Source: Octopus sinensis
Taxonomy: Eukaryota
NCBI RefSeq assembly: GCF_006345805.1
Contig: NC_042998.1
Coordinates: 128,836,001-128,900,000 of the forward strand
DNA length: 64,000 bases
Direction: 5' to 3'
Made by a program: the position numbers and the translations under genes. The notes under the pieces were generated by a model, which was given only the letters and a program-made list of their open reading frames with translations, did not search any database and was not told where the DNA came from. Numbering within the stretch: position 1 is the stretch's first letter; each line of letters starts with the position of its first letter. Positions 53,340 to 64,000 of this stretch are shown here, piece by piece.

Positions 53340-53760
53340 TTTACATGTTTGTCATTCGACTGCCGTCATGCTGAGTCATTACCTTGCAGTGTTTAGTCGA
53401 ACAATATTGACCCCAGCACCTATTTTTAAAATTTATTTTGGTATTTATTCTATTGTTCTCTTTTGCTAAACCATTTGGTCATAGGAACATGCACAAACCA
53501 ACATTGGTTGTCAAGCAGTAGTAGAGGATGCACACGCACGTGTGTGCATGCATGCACACACACACACTCTCTCTCTCTCTTTCACTCTCTCTCTCTCTCA
53601 GTGGGCTTCCTCAAAGTTCTTGTCTACCAAATTCACCCACAAGACATTGATGGGCCTGAGGTTATCGTAGAGGACACTTGTCGAAGGTGCCACACAGTGG
53701 AACTGAACCTGAAACCACATGGTTTCAAAGCAAACTTCTTAACCACACAGTCATGCCTGA
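53340..53760 (-). mobile_element. SINE family A (diverged)
   Basis: Homologous to 5787-6140. Confidence 0.65.
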
Positions 53761-53923
53761 ACCGATGTTTGAAACAACTATCGTTATTAAGAAATATATA
53801 TATTTATCTGTTCATATGTATTTATCTGTTTTTCTTATTTGTATTCTTCGACAGATTGCCACTTCATGCAGATGCACACCAGCCTAGCAAGAGAAGGAAA
53901 AAGAACTTTGCCAATCTTAGCCA

Positions 53924-54258
53924 ATGTTATGTTTTGGAAAATTAAGACGAAGTCACATTTGGAAATTCTTTTTAATTTGCATTGTCGTGACACTTGGGAT
54001 TTCCTTTTGCTTAAACCTTATCCCTCTCCAGGATGGATACCATGACTGTCCATGTAATCCATCCTCATATGAAAATGAAAACAAAATTACCATTAGGAAT
54101 TTTTCCAAGCAAACTGCTTACCATAAACTGGCCATTATTGTTCCATTTCGGGACCGGTTTGAAGAATTATTGGACTTTGTTCCCTATATGGGTCACTACC
54201 TGAACTTACAGAAAGTCAGTCATAAGATATTTGTTATTAACCAAGTAGACAACTTCAG
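53924..54258 (+). CDS. B4GALT7: Xylosylprotein beta-1,4-galactosyltransferase (galactosyltransferase I), coding exon 1
   Basis: ATG with in-frame TAG just upstream. N-terminal signal anchor and [23 protein letters not shown]...[11 protein letters not shown]. Acceptor cag at 53854 (exon starts 53855), donor AG|GTAAGG, phase 2. Confidence 0.92.
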
Positions 54259-56010
54259 GTAAGGCATGCTTATGTCATTATTCAGTTTTATTTCAAGATT
54301 TCATATCAATAGAGAAAGAACCGGTTTCTTACCTAGATCCAAGGCTCCTTCATTGGAATCTCAGCAACATCGACAGGGTATTTTTGCATGCATTTGTGTA
54401 TATGTGTAGTATATGGAGTCAGTGCATATGCAGATTTGTCTGTCAGTCTGTCTGCCTGTCTGTCTGTCTGTCTGTCTGTCTGTCTGAATGAATGACTTGA
54501 AACTGCATTTGGTAGTGGGGTTCTGGTTTGAGAGTTGCAGGCTTTTGAGGAGTGTGGAACTATCTCTTAGCCACTATTGTTCATTGTTCTACACTGGCCT
54601 AGAGTAGTAGCACCTGACGGGTCTGCTGAGGGTTAACAAGCATATAACATTCCATCTGAGTGCAGGGATGCAGAAATTTCCTGAGTGCAGGGATGCATCA
54701 GGGCATGCAATAAAACTAATGGAAGTGAGAGACCCTTAGCTGTTGTCACAGCAATCTTCTAGAAAAGGGACTCTCTGACATAAAACCTGCAATTTCACAT
54801 GATTACTGGTCATCTTGCTTCAGCCTGTCACTAGGTACTAATTGCAGGGGCTCACAGAAAATGGTACATGTGTTGTGCAAGCGTTAGTCACCATATGTAC
54901 AGATGTCCCTTTGTGGTGACCTTGTTTGTCATTTCATCTATTGAAAATCCTATGGTAACAGAAAAGTGGTGGTATGTGCAGATCTTACCTGTTGGAAGTG
55001 CACAGTTTGTTACAGCTTTCATCTGTCACCTAGGCTTGAAACCATACAGATCTGCAATGGGACTGAGTAGTGATCTGAGAGGTCATGGATGAAAAATCAA
55101 AAATGCTATTGACAAAGAGGAAGCACAAGGAGACGGCAGTCATCAGTGAAGATGAAGCAATCACCACATGTGTGTATGGGTGTGTTTATGAATGTGTGTG
55201 CATATGTGTGTGCTGAATCATTTGTTTTACATCCGTTTATCTATGCAGGTATGTGTTTGGTAGATATTTATATGAGGCAGTGTTTTAAGGTTGGACGCTC
55301 CTCTTAGTTGCTAATGCTTACCTGTTTTTCAATCCAGGTAGTTTTATTCCACTATACTTCAATAGTTCCGGGCTTGTAGGTGTATAGTTTACAAAGAATA
55401 TAAGCTTGGCATCACTGCTTATTTGCTCAAATGGTTTTGTGCAAAGAAGAAGAAATGATGATATTTACACATATATATGCACAGACATTTACACACACAC
55501 ACACACACACACACAGACACAGCAAACTACTATACAGTCTCCATTTAATAATTCCACTCATAAGGCATGTGTGTGTGTGTGTGAGCACTCCTGTCTTGGA
55601 ATCATATGATGGTTGTAAGCAAGCATTACTATCGTACAGGCAGTGTCCCTTGTTACCAGTCTTTCATGAAAACATGTCTGGGCTTGGAGAAATATTACCT
55701 TATATGGAAACATCATCATCATCATTGTTCGACCGTGGTCAAGACAATGGAATTTACTATGCTACGCCAGACTTCACAGTCCATCATAGCATTACAGAGG
55801 TCCTGTTGCTGGATGCTTGTATGGAAACAGATGAGATGCCCTTCCTGTAGCCAACAGGAAGGGCACCCCGCCATAGAAAATCTGTCTCAACATATTCTGT
55901 CCAACCCTAAAATGATGATATATGATAACATACTGAGTGTTTAGCTTGTTTTTTTTTCTGTGTTAAAATTCTGTATTTTACTCTTCACTTTATTTGCTTC
56001 ACTTACCCAG

Positions 56011-56236
56011 GTTCAACCGTGCAGCGCTGATTAATGTGGGTTACTTAGAATCAAAGAGTGAGTGTGACTATCTGGCTATGCATGATGTTGATCTGCTGCC
56101 TCTCAACCCTAACCTCAGTTATGCTTACCCGTCTAAAGGACCTTTCCATGTTGCTGCACCTAATTTACATCCACGTTACCATTATCCAAAGTTTGTTGGA
56201 GGCATCCTCCTATTGACTTGTGATGATTTCCAAAAG
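56011..56236 (+). CDS. B4GALT7: B4GALT7 coding exon 2
   Basis: (R)[10 protein letters not shown]...[11 protein letters not shown] (DxD motif)...[23 protein letters not shown]. cag|g acceptor, AAG|GTAAGA donor, phases consistent. Confidence 0.93.
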
Positions 56237-56324
56237 GTAAGAGCTGATTTTTTCCCCCCTTTTTTCTTTCTTTGTTTCTTTGTTTCTTTCTTTGTTTGTT
56301 TGTTTCTTTTCTTTTTTTCTTTCT

Positions 56325-56326
56325 TT

Positions 56327-56413
<87 letters not shown>
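56325..56413. repeat. (TTTC)n microsatellite
   Basis: Direct reading. Confidence 0.95.
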
Positions 56414-56414
<1 letters not shown>

Positions 56415-57209
56415 ATATTATTAAATTATTTGTACTTGTGCCACTTAAAAAGCACTGGTGCTGGTGCCTCTTAAAAAGCATCCAGTACACACTGTGGAGT
56501 GGTTGGTATTCGGAAGGGCACCCAGCCATAGAAGTCATGTCAGAACAGATAATGGAGCATGGTATGGCTCCTGGCCTTACAAGCTCCTGTCAAACTGTCC
56601 AGTCCATGCCAGCCTGGAAAATAGATGTCAAATGAGGAGGATGATTGTCATTTAAGTTAGTCCTTCTTCGTGGAAGGTCAATTAAATTCTTCATAGGTAA
56701 ACTGTTGTTGAAACAATACATGCAGACTTAGTTGTGTGGTTCAAAGTTCAATTTGTAGTCTTTGTTTTAAGTTTGCTTACATAGTTGAGTATTTTATACC
56801 ATACCTATAAAATGAGGGCATGTGACTTAGTGGTTCAGGTATTTAGTTCACGATTGTAAGGTTGTAAATTCAGTTCCTGATATCATGTTGTGTCCTTATG
56901 CAAGACACTTTATGTCATGTTGCTCCAATTTGCTCAGCTGGCAAAAATGTGTAGTGCCTATATTTCAAAGGGCCAGCCTTGTCACACTCTGTGTCAAGTT
57001 GAATCTCCCTAGGAACTATGTTAAGGGTATGTGTATCTGTGGAGTGTTCAGCCACTTGCACGTTAATTTCATGAGTAGGTTGTTCTGTTGATTGGATCAA
57101 GTGGAACCCTTGTCGTCATAACCAATGGAGTGCCAGCTTCATCTCAAGGAAACACCACTACACTACACCCCAACTAAACAATGAATGACACTCAACTACA
57201 GCCTTTACA

Positions 57210-57415
57210 ACCACTCTAAATGCTAAGTCTCACTATCACTGGTGATCTCCTCTGGTGAAAACACATCCTTAGCATTGTCACAACAGGATTCCAAAGACTG
57301 GCTTTTCTCTTCAGGATCAGAAAATATTTCAGCCTCTAACAATTGCTGATACTCTATAAGGCTTAAGTGAACTCCATTATGAAGTATTGCTCCAACATCT
57401 GTGACACTATCCCCG
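57210..57415 (+). mobile_element. Old CR1/Jockey-type LINE RT C-terminal fragment
   Basis: Translates LTITGDLLW*KHILSIVTTGFQRLAFLFRIRKYFSL*QLLILYKA*VNSIMKYCSNI. Followed by (GA)n at 57421-57478. Confidence 0.55.
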
Positions 57416-57418
57416 TCT

Positions 57419-57480
<62 letters not shown>

Positions 57481-58163
57481 ATGACCCTACTGTTTTATTT
57501 TATTCGTTTTCCTTTGCCAAATATATAAATATGAAATTGTTGAAATAAATTTCATTAGCTTCCTGGTGGTATTGTTTTTGATATAGAAAATTTAAAGATG
57601 TAACAAATTTTGATATTGGTGTTTGAATATGTTTTTTGAACATTGAATAAATATTTAATCCCATTTGTATTTGAACATGAAATCTGTGATAGTATTTGGT
57701 TTGTTATATATTCTATGCCCCCTAATTTGTTTTAAATAAGCTCTTGTCCTAAAAAAGTACGTTTTAAAAATACTTAATATAAAAAAAAAATTAGCTTATA
57801 TGATAACTGATCTAATGCAAGGGACACTATTTCACGATATTTCTCATGAGTTATCTCCCTGATGAATTTTTTTTGTCAAATCATTATATTTCTGTAATTT
57901 TAAAAAGTAAAAGTTTAAACCAGGAATATTGTTATTCTGCTATTGAAGATTTCTAAAGAGATTTGTCCTCACGATAGTCTACTTCTTAGCCAATGTAAAC
58001 TCATTAAGTTTTAATTTCCGAGGATGTACAATAGATTACACCATACACAGTTAATCTGGTTTAAAAAGTTTCTTGGTTTATTTTCCACTAATGTCTACAC
58101 CATATGCTATGTGGCTTATTTGTTAAGCTATCACTATTTTGTCAATATTTTCTTTCATTCTAG

Positions 58164-58247
58164 ACTCGTGGTTTGTCCAACAGATATTGGGGCTGGGGAC
58201 AAGAAGATGATGAGTTCTATGTTAGGATGAGAAAAGCTGGATTAAAT
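58164..58247 (+). CDS. B4GALT7: B4GALT7 coding exon 3 (gene continues beyond this exon)
   Basis: [28 protein letters not shown] carries the GT7 WGWGxEDDE motif. tag| acceptor, |GTAAGT donor, phase 0. Confidence 0.93.
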
Positions 58248-58701
58248 GTAAGTTGAATTTAAAAAAAAATTTTGCTTCTTTCTTTTTAAAACATATTTTA
58301 TTGTATTTCATTTTCTGCATGAGTATTCGACTCATTGGTTAGTGTATTAACTGAGTATTGAAATAGTATTCACAATAAAAAAAAAAGAGTAAAGACCCCC
58401 TTTGGTCATGTATGACTATGGGATTGCACCTAGAAAGTTACCCTCTGAGGCACAAGTCTGGACAAAGTTGTTTCTGGAAGACCAACAGTCGTCCAGGCAT
58501 ACCAACCTCCCGTCTTCAGGCCACTGATGTTATCCAAAGAAAAGGCAAAAGCTGATACAGCTTAGCACTAGTGATGTTGCAACTCATTTTTACAGCTGAG
58601 TGAACTGGAGCAACATGAAATAGAGTGCCTTGCTCAAGAACACAACACACAGCCCAGTCTGGGAATTGAATATTTAGATTTTTACTTCTTTTCATCCTTT
58701 A

Positions 58702-59698
58702 TCTGAGAGTGTAGCTGCTAGAATAAGAATAGCCTGGGCAAAGTTCAGAGAGCTCCTACCTCTGCTGGTGACAAAGGCCCTCTTGCTCAGAGTAAATGGT
58801 AGACTGTATGATGCATGTGTGCAAACAGCTATGCTCTATGGCAGTGAAACATGGGCCGTAACTGCATGTGTAAGCTTGCAAGGGATGAAGCTAGTATGAT
58901 CCACTGGATGTGTAATGTCAGTGTGCATATACAACAGAGTGTAAGCACCCTGAGAGAAAAGTTGGACATAAGAAGCATCGAATGTGGTGTGCAAGAGAGA
59001 TGACTGCGCTGGTATGGTCATGTGTTGCGAATGGATGAGGACAGCTGTGTGAAAGAGTGTCACACACTAGCAGTAGAGGGAACCTGTGGAAGAGGTAAAT
59101 CCAGGAAGACCTGGGGTGAGGTGGTGAAGCATGACCTTTGGACATTGGGCCTCAAGGAGGTGATGACAAGTGACCAAGACATTTAGCATTATGCTGTGCT
59201 TGAGAAGATCCAGCAAGCCAAGTGAGACTGTAACTATGGCCTATGCCAGTGCAGCATAACCGGCCCATTTAAGAGTACTCTTCAATCATTGGGCAGTAAA
59301 CTGCACTTGCGAAGACCTGTTGAGTCAAATGAAATCATTGTCCTGGCCGATGCCAGTACCGACTGATTGGCTCCTGTGCCAGTGGCATGTAAAAAGCATC
59401 ATTCGAGCATGGTCATTGGCAGTGCTGCCTGACTGGCTCCTGTGCTGGTGGCACATAAAAGCACTGTTCAGGCGTGGTCGATGCCAGTACCGCCTGACTG
59501 GCCCTCATGTCGGTGGCATGTAAAAATCATCCTCTACACTCTCGGAGTGGTTGGCATTAGGAAGGCCATCCAGCTGGAGAAACTTTGCCCGATCAGATTG
59601 GAGCCTTGTGCAACCTTCTGGCTTGCCAGCCCTCAGTCAAACCATTCAACTCATGCCAGGATGGAAAGTGGATGTTAAACGACGACGATGATGATGAT
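58702..59698 (+). mobile_element. 5'-truncated RTE-type LINE
   Basis: Translates SESVAARIRIAWAKFRELLPLLVTK...LYGSETWAV...LRWYGHVLRM...GRGKSRKTW. 3'UTR with ~70-bp repeats and (GAT)n tail. Confidence 0.85.
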
Positions 59699-60974
59699 CA
59701 GCCTTGACCATGCAGCACTTTGATCAAATATTCCATTTGTGACCATCCTGAAGGAGGAAAGGCAAGTGTCCATGACTTTTGAATTACTCTCTGAATCTGG
59801 TTTGGTTTATATTTTTGATGTTCAATTTTAAGCATCTGTAAACTTATATATGAGAAGAGAATTCAAGAGAAGAAAGGATTGACTGGAATGGGCAGAAACA
59901 TTAGCACGCCGGGTGAAATGCGTGGCCGTATTTCGTCTGCCATTACGTTCTGAGTTCAAATTCTGCCGAGGTCGGCTTTGCCTTTCATCCTTTCGGGGTT
60001 GATAAATTAAGTACCAGTTATGCACTGGGGTCTATGTAATTGACTTAATCCGTTTGTCTGTCCTTGTTTGTCCCCTATGTGTTTAGCCCCTCGTGGGTTG
60101 TAAAGAAATATATAATATTTTCTATTAGAGGTAGAAGGCCTGAAATTTTGTGGGAGGGAGCTACTCAACTACATTGACCCTAGTGCTTAACTGGTACTTC
60201 TGTTATTGATCCTAAAAAGATGACAGCAAACCGATCTTGACAGAATTTGAACTCAGAATGTAAAGGTGGAAAAATGCAGCTAATCATTTTTTTCATGCAT
60301 GCTAATGATTCTGCTAGCTTGCCATTTTGATGATACAGTTATAATAAGGCCTAAACATGCCCCAAATTTTCTCCTGTACTTGCTGAAATAATGAGAACAA
60401 TATTAGTTGGAGACTGATATTATATCCCACCCACTCATAACTATTTCTAATTAGCTTTCTAATACCGCCTGCATTAAATATCAGTCAGATCAGCCACTGT
60501 CTTGCAGCTGGTTAGAGGCACATTCTCCTTTCAGCATTGGATCCCAGTTCTCTAATTTTTTGGTCAAATCTACCCATTTTGTTCATCGTTTTTGTTCACC
60601 TCTGGTTACTTGTCTTTAGGATGTGCTTAGCCTAACTCTATTTCAAGTCTTTTGTAACATCTGAAATAATTACATGTTATATGTGAATATACAGATATAG
60701 TTGAAAAGGGGTTAAGAATCCATACAAATCAAAGGTTATTGGTAAAAAGTAAAAGTGGAAACCACATGATAGTATGTTGGAAATTCGTTTTGCTTTTTTT
60801 TTTTAAACTTTAGTGGGACAGGATAAGTATGTTTATATTCGTTACATTGACTTTTATAAAATAATACCAGTTTCAATCTGTATGCCTATCTTATCAAATA
60901 ACAATTCAAAGTCTAGAATTAGGTAATAATTAAAAATTGGAAATTAAAACAGTTCTCCTATTCTGTGCATAGTT

Positions 60975-61410
60975 AGGCACAAGCATATGGTAAGTAGTTT
61001 ACTTCCCAGCCACATGGTTCTGGGTTCACTCCCACTGTGTGGCACCTGGGTCAAGTGATTCCTACTATAGCCTCGGGCTGACCAAAGCATTGTGAGTGCA
61101 TTTGGTAGATAGAAACTGAATGAAGCCCATCGTATATATAGATGGAAGAAACAGAAGACGAAGACATATATATATATATGCGTGTGTTGGTCATTATGTC
61201 TCTGTTTCTCTCCCACCACCACTTGACAACCGATGTTGGTGTATTTATGTCCCACATAACCTAACAGTTCTGTAAAAAAGAAGACCGATAGATTAAATAC
61301 CAGGCTTAAAAAGAAAATAAACTGTGGGATCATTAGTTCGACTAAAATTCCTCTAGGCGGTGTCCCAGCATGGCCATAGTCTATCGACGTCTGAAACAAG
61401 TAAAAGAAAC
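60975..61410 (+). mobile_element. SINE family A (diverged)
   Basis: Homologous to 5787-6140. Confidence 0.7.
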
Positions 61411-62049
61411 GATAGTCAAGAACATGTGTATATGCATATGAAAAGTCAGGGCCAATAAATTTGGCAGTTATTGAAAGAGTTACCTCCCTTGACAGCGTGC
61501 AGTTTGTTTAAATATTTTTGATTTCTTGAGCGGTGCGGTGATTTTCTTCGTTTAAATCCTAAGTTAAAACCATCCTGGTTAAAACTGATTAATTTTTCTT
61601 TCAGCTATGTTAGCCATTCAGTTAAGGTTATACTGGAGCAATGCTCACATTACTAACCATTCTATGTTTATTGTGTCATCATTGCAACGCGCGCACACAC
61701 ACACCATCGTAGCTTTAAAGTCCACTTTTCTATGCTTGCATGGGTCAGACGGAATTTGCTGAGGCGGATATTTCCACAGTTGGATGTCCTTCCTGTTATT
61801 ACCAACCCCCATCTGTTTCCAAGTGTGTGCAATTATCATCATTATCGTTTAAAGTCCGTTTTCCATGCTGGCATGGGTTGGACCGTTTGACTGAAATCTA
61901 GAGAGTCAGCAGCTGTACCAGGCACCAATCTGATCTGGCAATGTTTCTGCAGCTGGATGCCTTTCGTAACACCAACCACGCTGAGAGTGTAGTGGGTGCT
62001 TTTTACATGTCACAGGCATGGGCCGGACATGCATAGCTGTAAATAGAAG

Positions 62050-64000
62050 TTGAGAACTTCTACTTAAACTGTGCATGAAATATGATCTGACCAAGAGAAA
62101 CACCCTCTTGAGTTTCAGACAGTGGTTTTACAACTGGTGCCATTCTTTGTCAAAATTGCAACATCTGTTAGATTATGAGTTTATGCATTGGAACAATATT
62201 ATGGATATAATCTCTACATATGCCATGAAGTGGACTAACTATTTGACTGCCTACTCATGTGTATAACATGTAATTTGTCTGTAATTTGTCTGAATTACAA
62301 GAAATGTAGTAGCATTGTAATAAAAAGATTGGATGACAACAGAAAAATCCTTAAGTGCATCATCCTTAAGTAAATATAATTGGCAAACTGAAAATGTTAC
62401 TTGGCATTACAACAGTTAGTAGTTTTGGGGAGCAACTTTGTGTGGCAACCTACAAAACAATGCTGTCTTGATTGGTGTCCCCAGTTGGCAAGCATCCCGA
62501 CCAATTTGATGGAAATGATACAAATATTCAATAGCTGCTACTTGAATGAAAAATTCCATAAAGCCATTCTATGTAGATGAAATACATTGCAAGTTAACAA
62601 TCAAAGATGTAAATGTCTTGTTACTGAACATTTTGCTGGTGTTGAAGGCCAATAGTGGAACTAGAAGCAAGATAAAGTTCAGGTGCTGGCTGATTCAAAC
62701 AATGCCAGTTGTATACCAGTTCCCAGAACAGTAAGGATGGCTCATACTTTTACACTGAGAAAAATATTATTAGAAAATGGTAGCAGGAACATTTTAGTGA
62801 GTTACTAAATTAGCCTTGAACAATTTTTCTGAAATTCTCTGGAGTACATTCAACATGTTTCCAAGAGATATTAGTTTTAATTTTCTGCTGACTATAGAAG
62901 AGCTGAAGCTACCACCCAAGAGACAAAACTGAGGGGCAACTCCTGGTGGGATAGAATTGTGTTGTAGATTCCACTTATCTTCAGAGAATGTTAGCGATGT
63001 AATGATCTGCAACAGTTCAAAAATGCAGATAGCCACTATTTGCAAATAAAAATTATCAAATTCTGGCAAAATTACTGTTTAGGTAACTGATAAAAAGAAC
63101 AAAAAAACAAACACAAAAAAAAAAAAAGAATTTTTCTTGAATGCCAATCTGAATTTTTCATGTTTAGGAATACTGCTGGTGTCATGTAAAAGCATCCATT
63201 CCAGTGCCATGTAAAAGTGTCTATGCCACTGCCTGTGTTAGCACCATGTAAAAGTGCCCATGTAGGTGCTGTGTAAAAGTGTGCCATGTAAAAAGCACCC
63301 AGTGAAATGTTTGGCATTAAGAAGGGCATCCAACTGAATAAACCGTGCTAAAATGGACAGTTGGAACCTGGGCATCTCTCCAGCTGGCCAGCTCCTGTCA
63401 AACCGTCCAACTTATGCCAGCATGGAAAATGAATGTTTCATGATGATGATGATAAAATCAGGAAAAGCTGTTGTCTTCTTTGTTTTGTTCAGGTTCCTTT
63501 CTGGTTGTGGTATATGAAAACATGGAAGGTGACAGCTGGATGAGGAAGTGCTGTGATATCTGCATCTGAGAACTTCTCTTTGTTGATGACTCAGCTCTGG
63601 GAGTTCATTTCTTGGAAATTATCCAGAAAATTACACATGATCCTGAATATACAGTGACAAGCCTTTGGCTTTTCAGTTGTCAGAAAAATAGTGAAGTCAT
63701 ATATTATTAACTTGAACCTGGTGTGATGGAATATAAACAATCGTAAATCAAATGGAATATATAACAATTATGCAGTATGAAGAAGTTCAAATATTTGGGC
63801 AGTACAAATTTTTATGACAGCAGCTGGACATAGTCTGCTGTGGTGACTATTTGGAAGCTCAGTAATGGACTGCAGAAATAGCGAGGCATAAAACAGTCAA
63901 CAAAATGCAAAGTGTATCTAACAGCAGTGTTATGCCACTTATTGTTCTCTACTGACACCTACACACTCTGTCATCAATGCATCAAAAACCTAATAAAATA
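62050..64000 (+). mobile_element. Old RTE (BovB-like) LINE ORF relic, interrupted by an RTE-tail element at ~63170-63452; boundaries approximate
   Basis: Frameshifted remnants W.EHFSELLN, GATPGG (KAPG-like), IATICK, ELLFVDDSAL (LFADD), KKFKYLGS, RGIKQSTKCKVY. Confidence 0.65.

Noticed and set aside
55994-56635. 213-aa ORF read-through beyond the exon
   Set aside because: Only 56011-56236 is B4GALT7. The remainder is intron, (TTTC)n and an RTE tail.
58248-64000. Remaining B4GALT7 C-terminal exon(s)
   Set aside because: No segment resembling the expected F.H.HD...RKRD region was found, so the exon probably lies beyond the window.

Overview
AT-rich, repeat-saturated eukaryotic DNA. The SINE/RTE repeat families and microsatellite load look like a coleoid cephalopod, most likely Octopus; this is recognition from memory, not a database search. 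Only one host gene is supportable: a + strand xylosylprotein beta-1,4-galactosyltransferase (B4GALT7-like) with three coding exons (53924-54258, 56011-56236, 58164-58247). Its C-terminal exon(s) were not found and probably lie beyond the window. A CpG-rich NRF1/ETS promoter-like region (about 2230-3123) ends in a strong donor, which suggests a ~50 kb 5'UTR intron. The rest is tRNA-derived SINEs, RTE-type LINE relics, two Tc1/mariner relics, piggyBac-like and Helentron-like non-autonomous elements, a U6 fragment, and micro/minisatellites. The most interesting signals are two minimal type I hammerhead-ribozyme folds with palindromic, dimer-requiring stem III: 43-97 on the minus strand (U4->C core variant) and 13074-13140 on the plus strand (attached to a Penelope-like GIY-YIG fragment in an inverted arrangement). 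Also notable are a U6/SINE junction, a templated insertion in a mariner, RTE copies sharing one 5' boundary, and copy-specific minisatellite expansions inside RTE 3' ends. Nearly all entries in the ORF track are spurious repeat or microsatellite ORFs.
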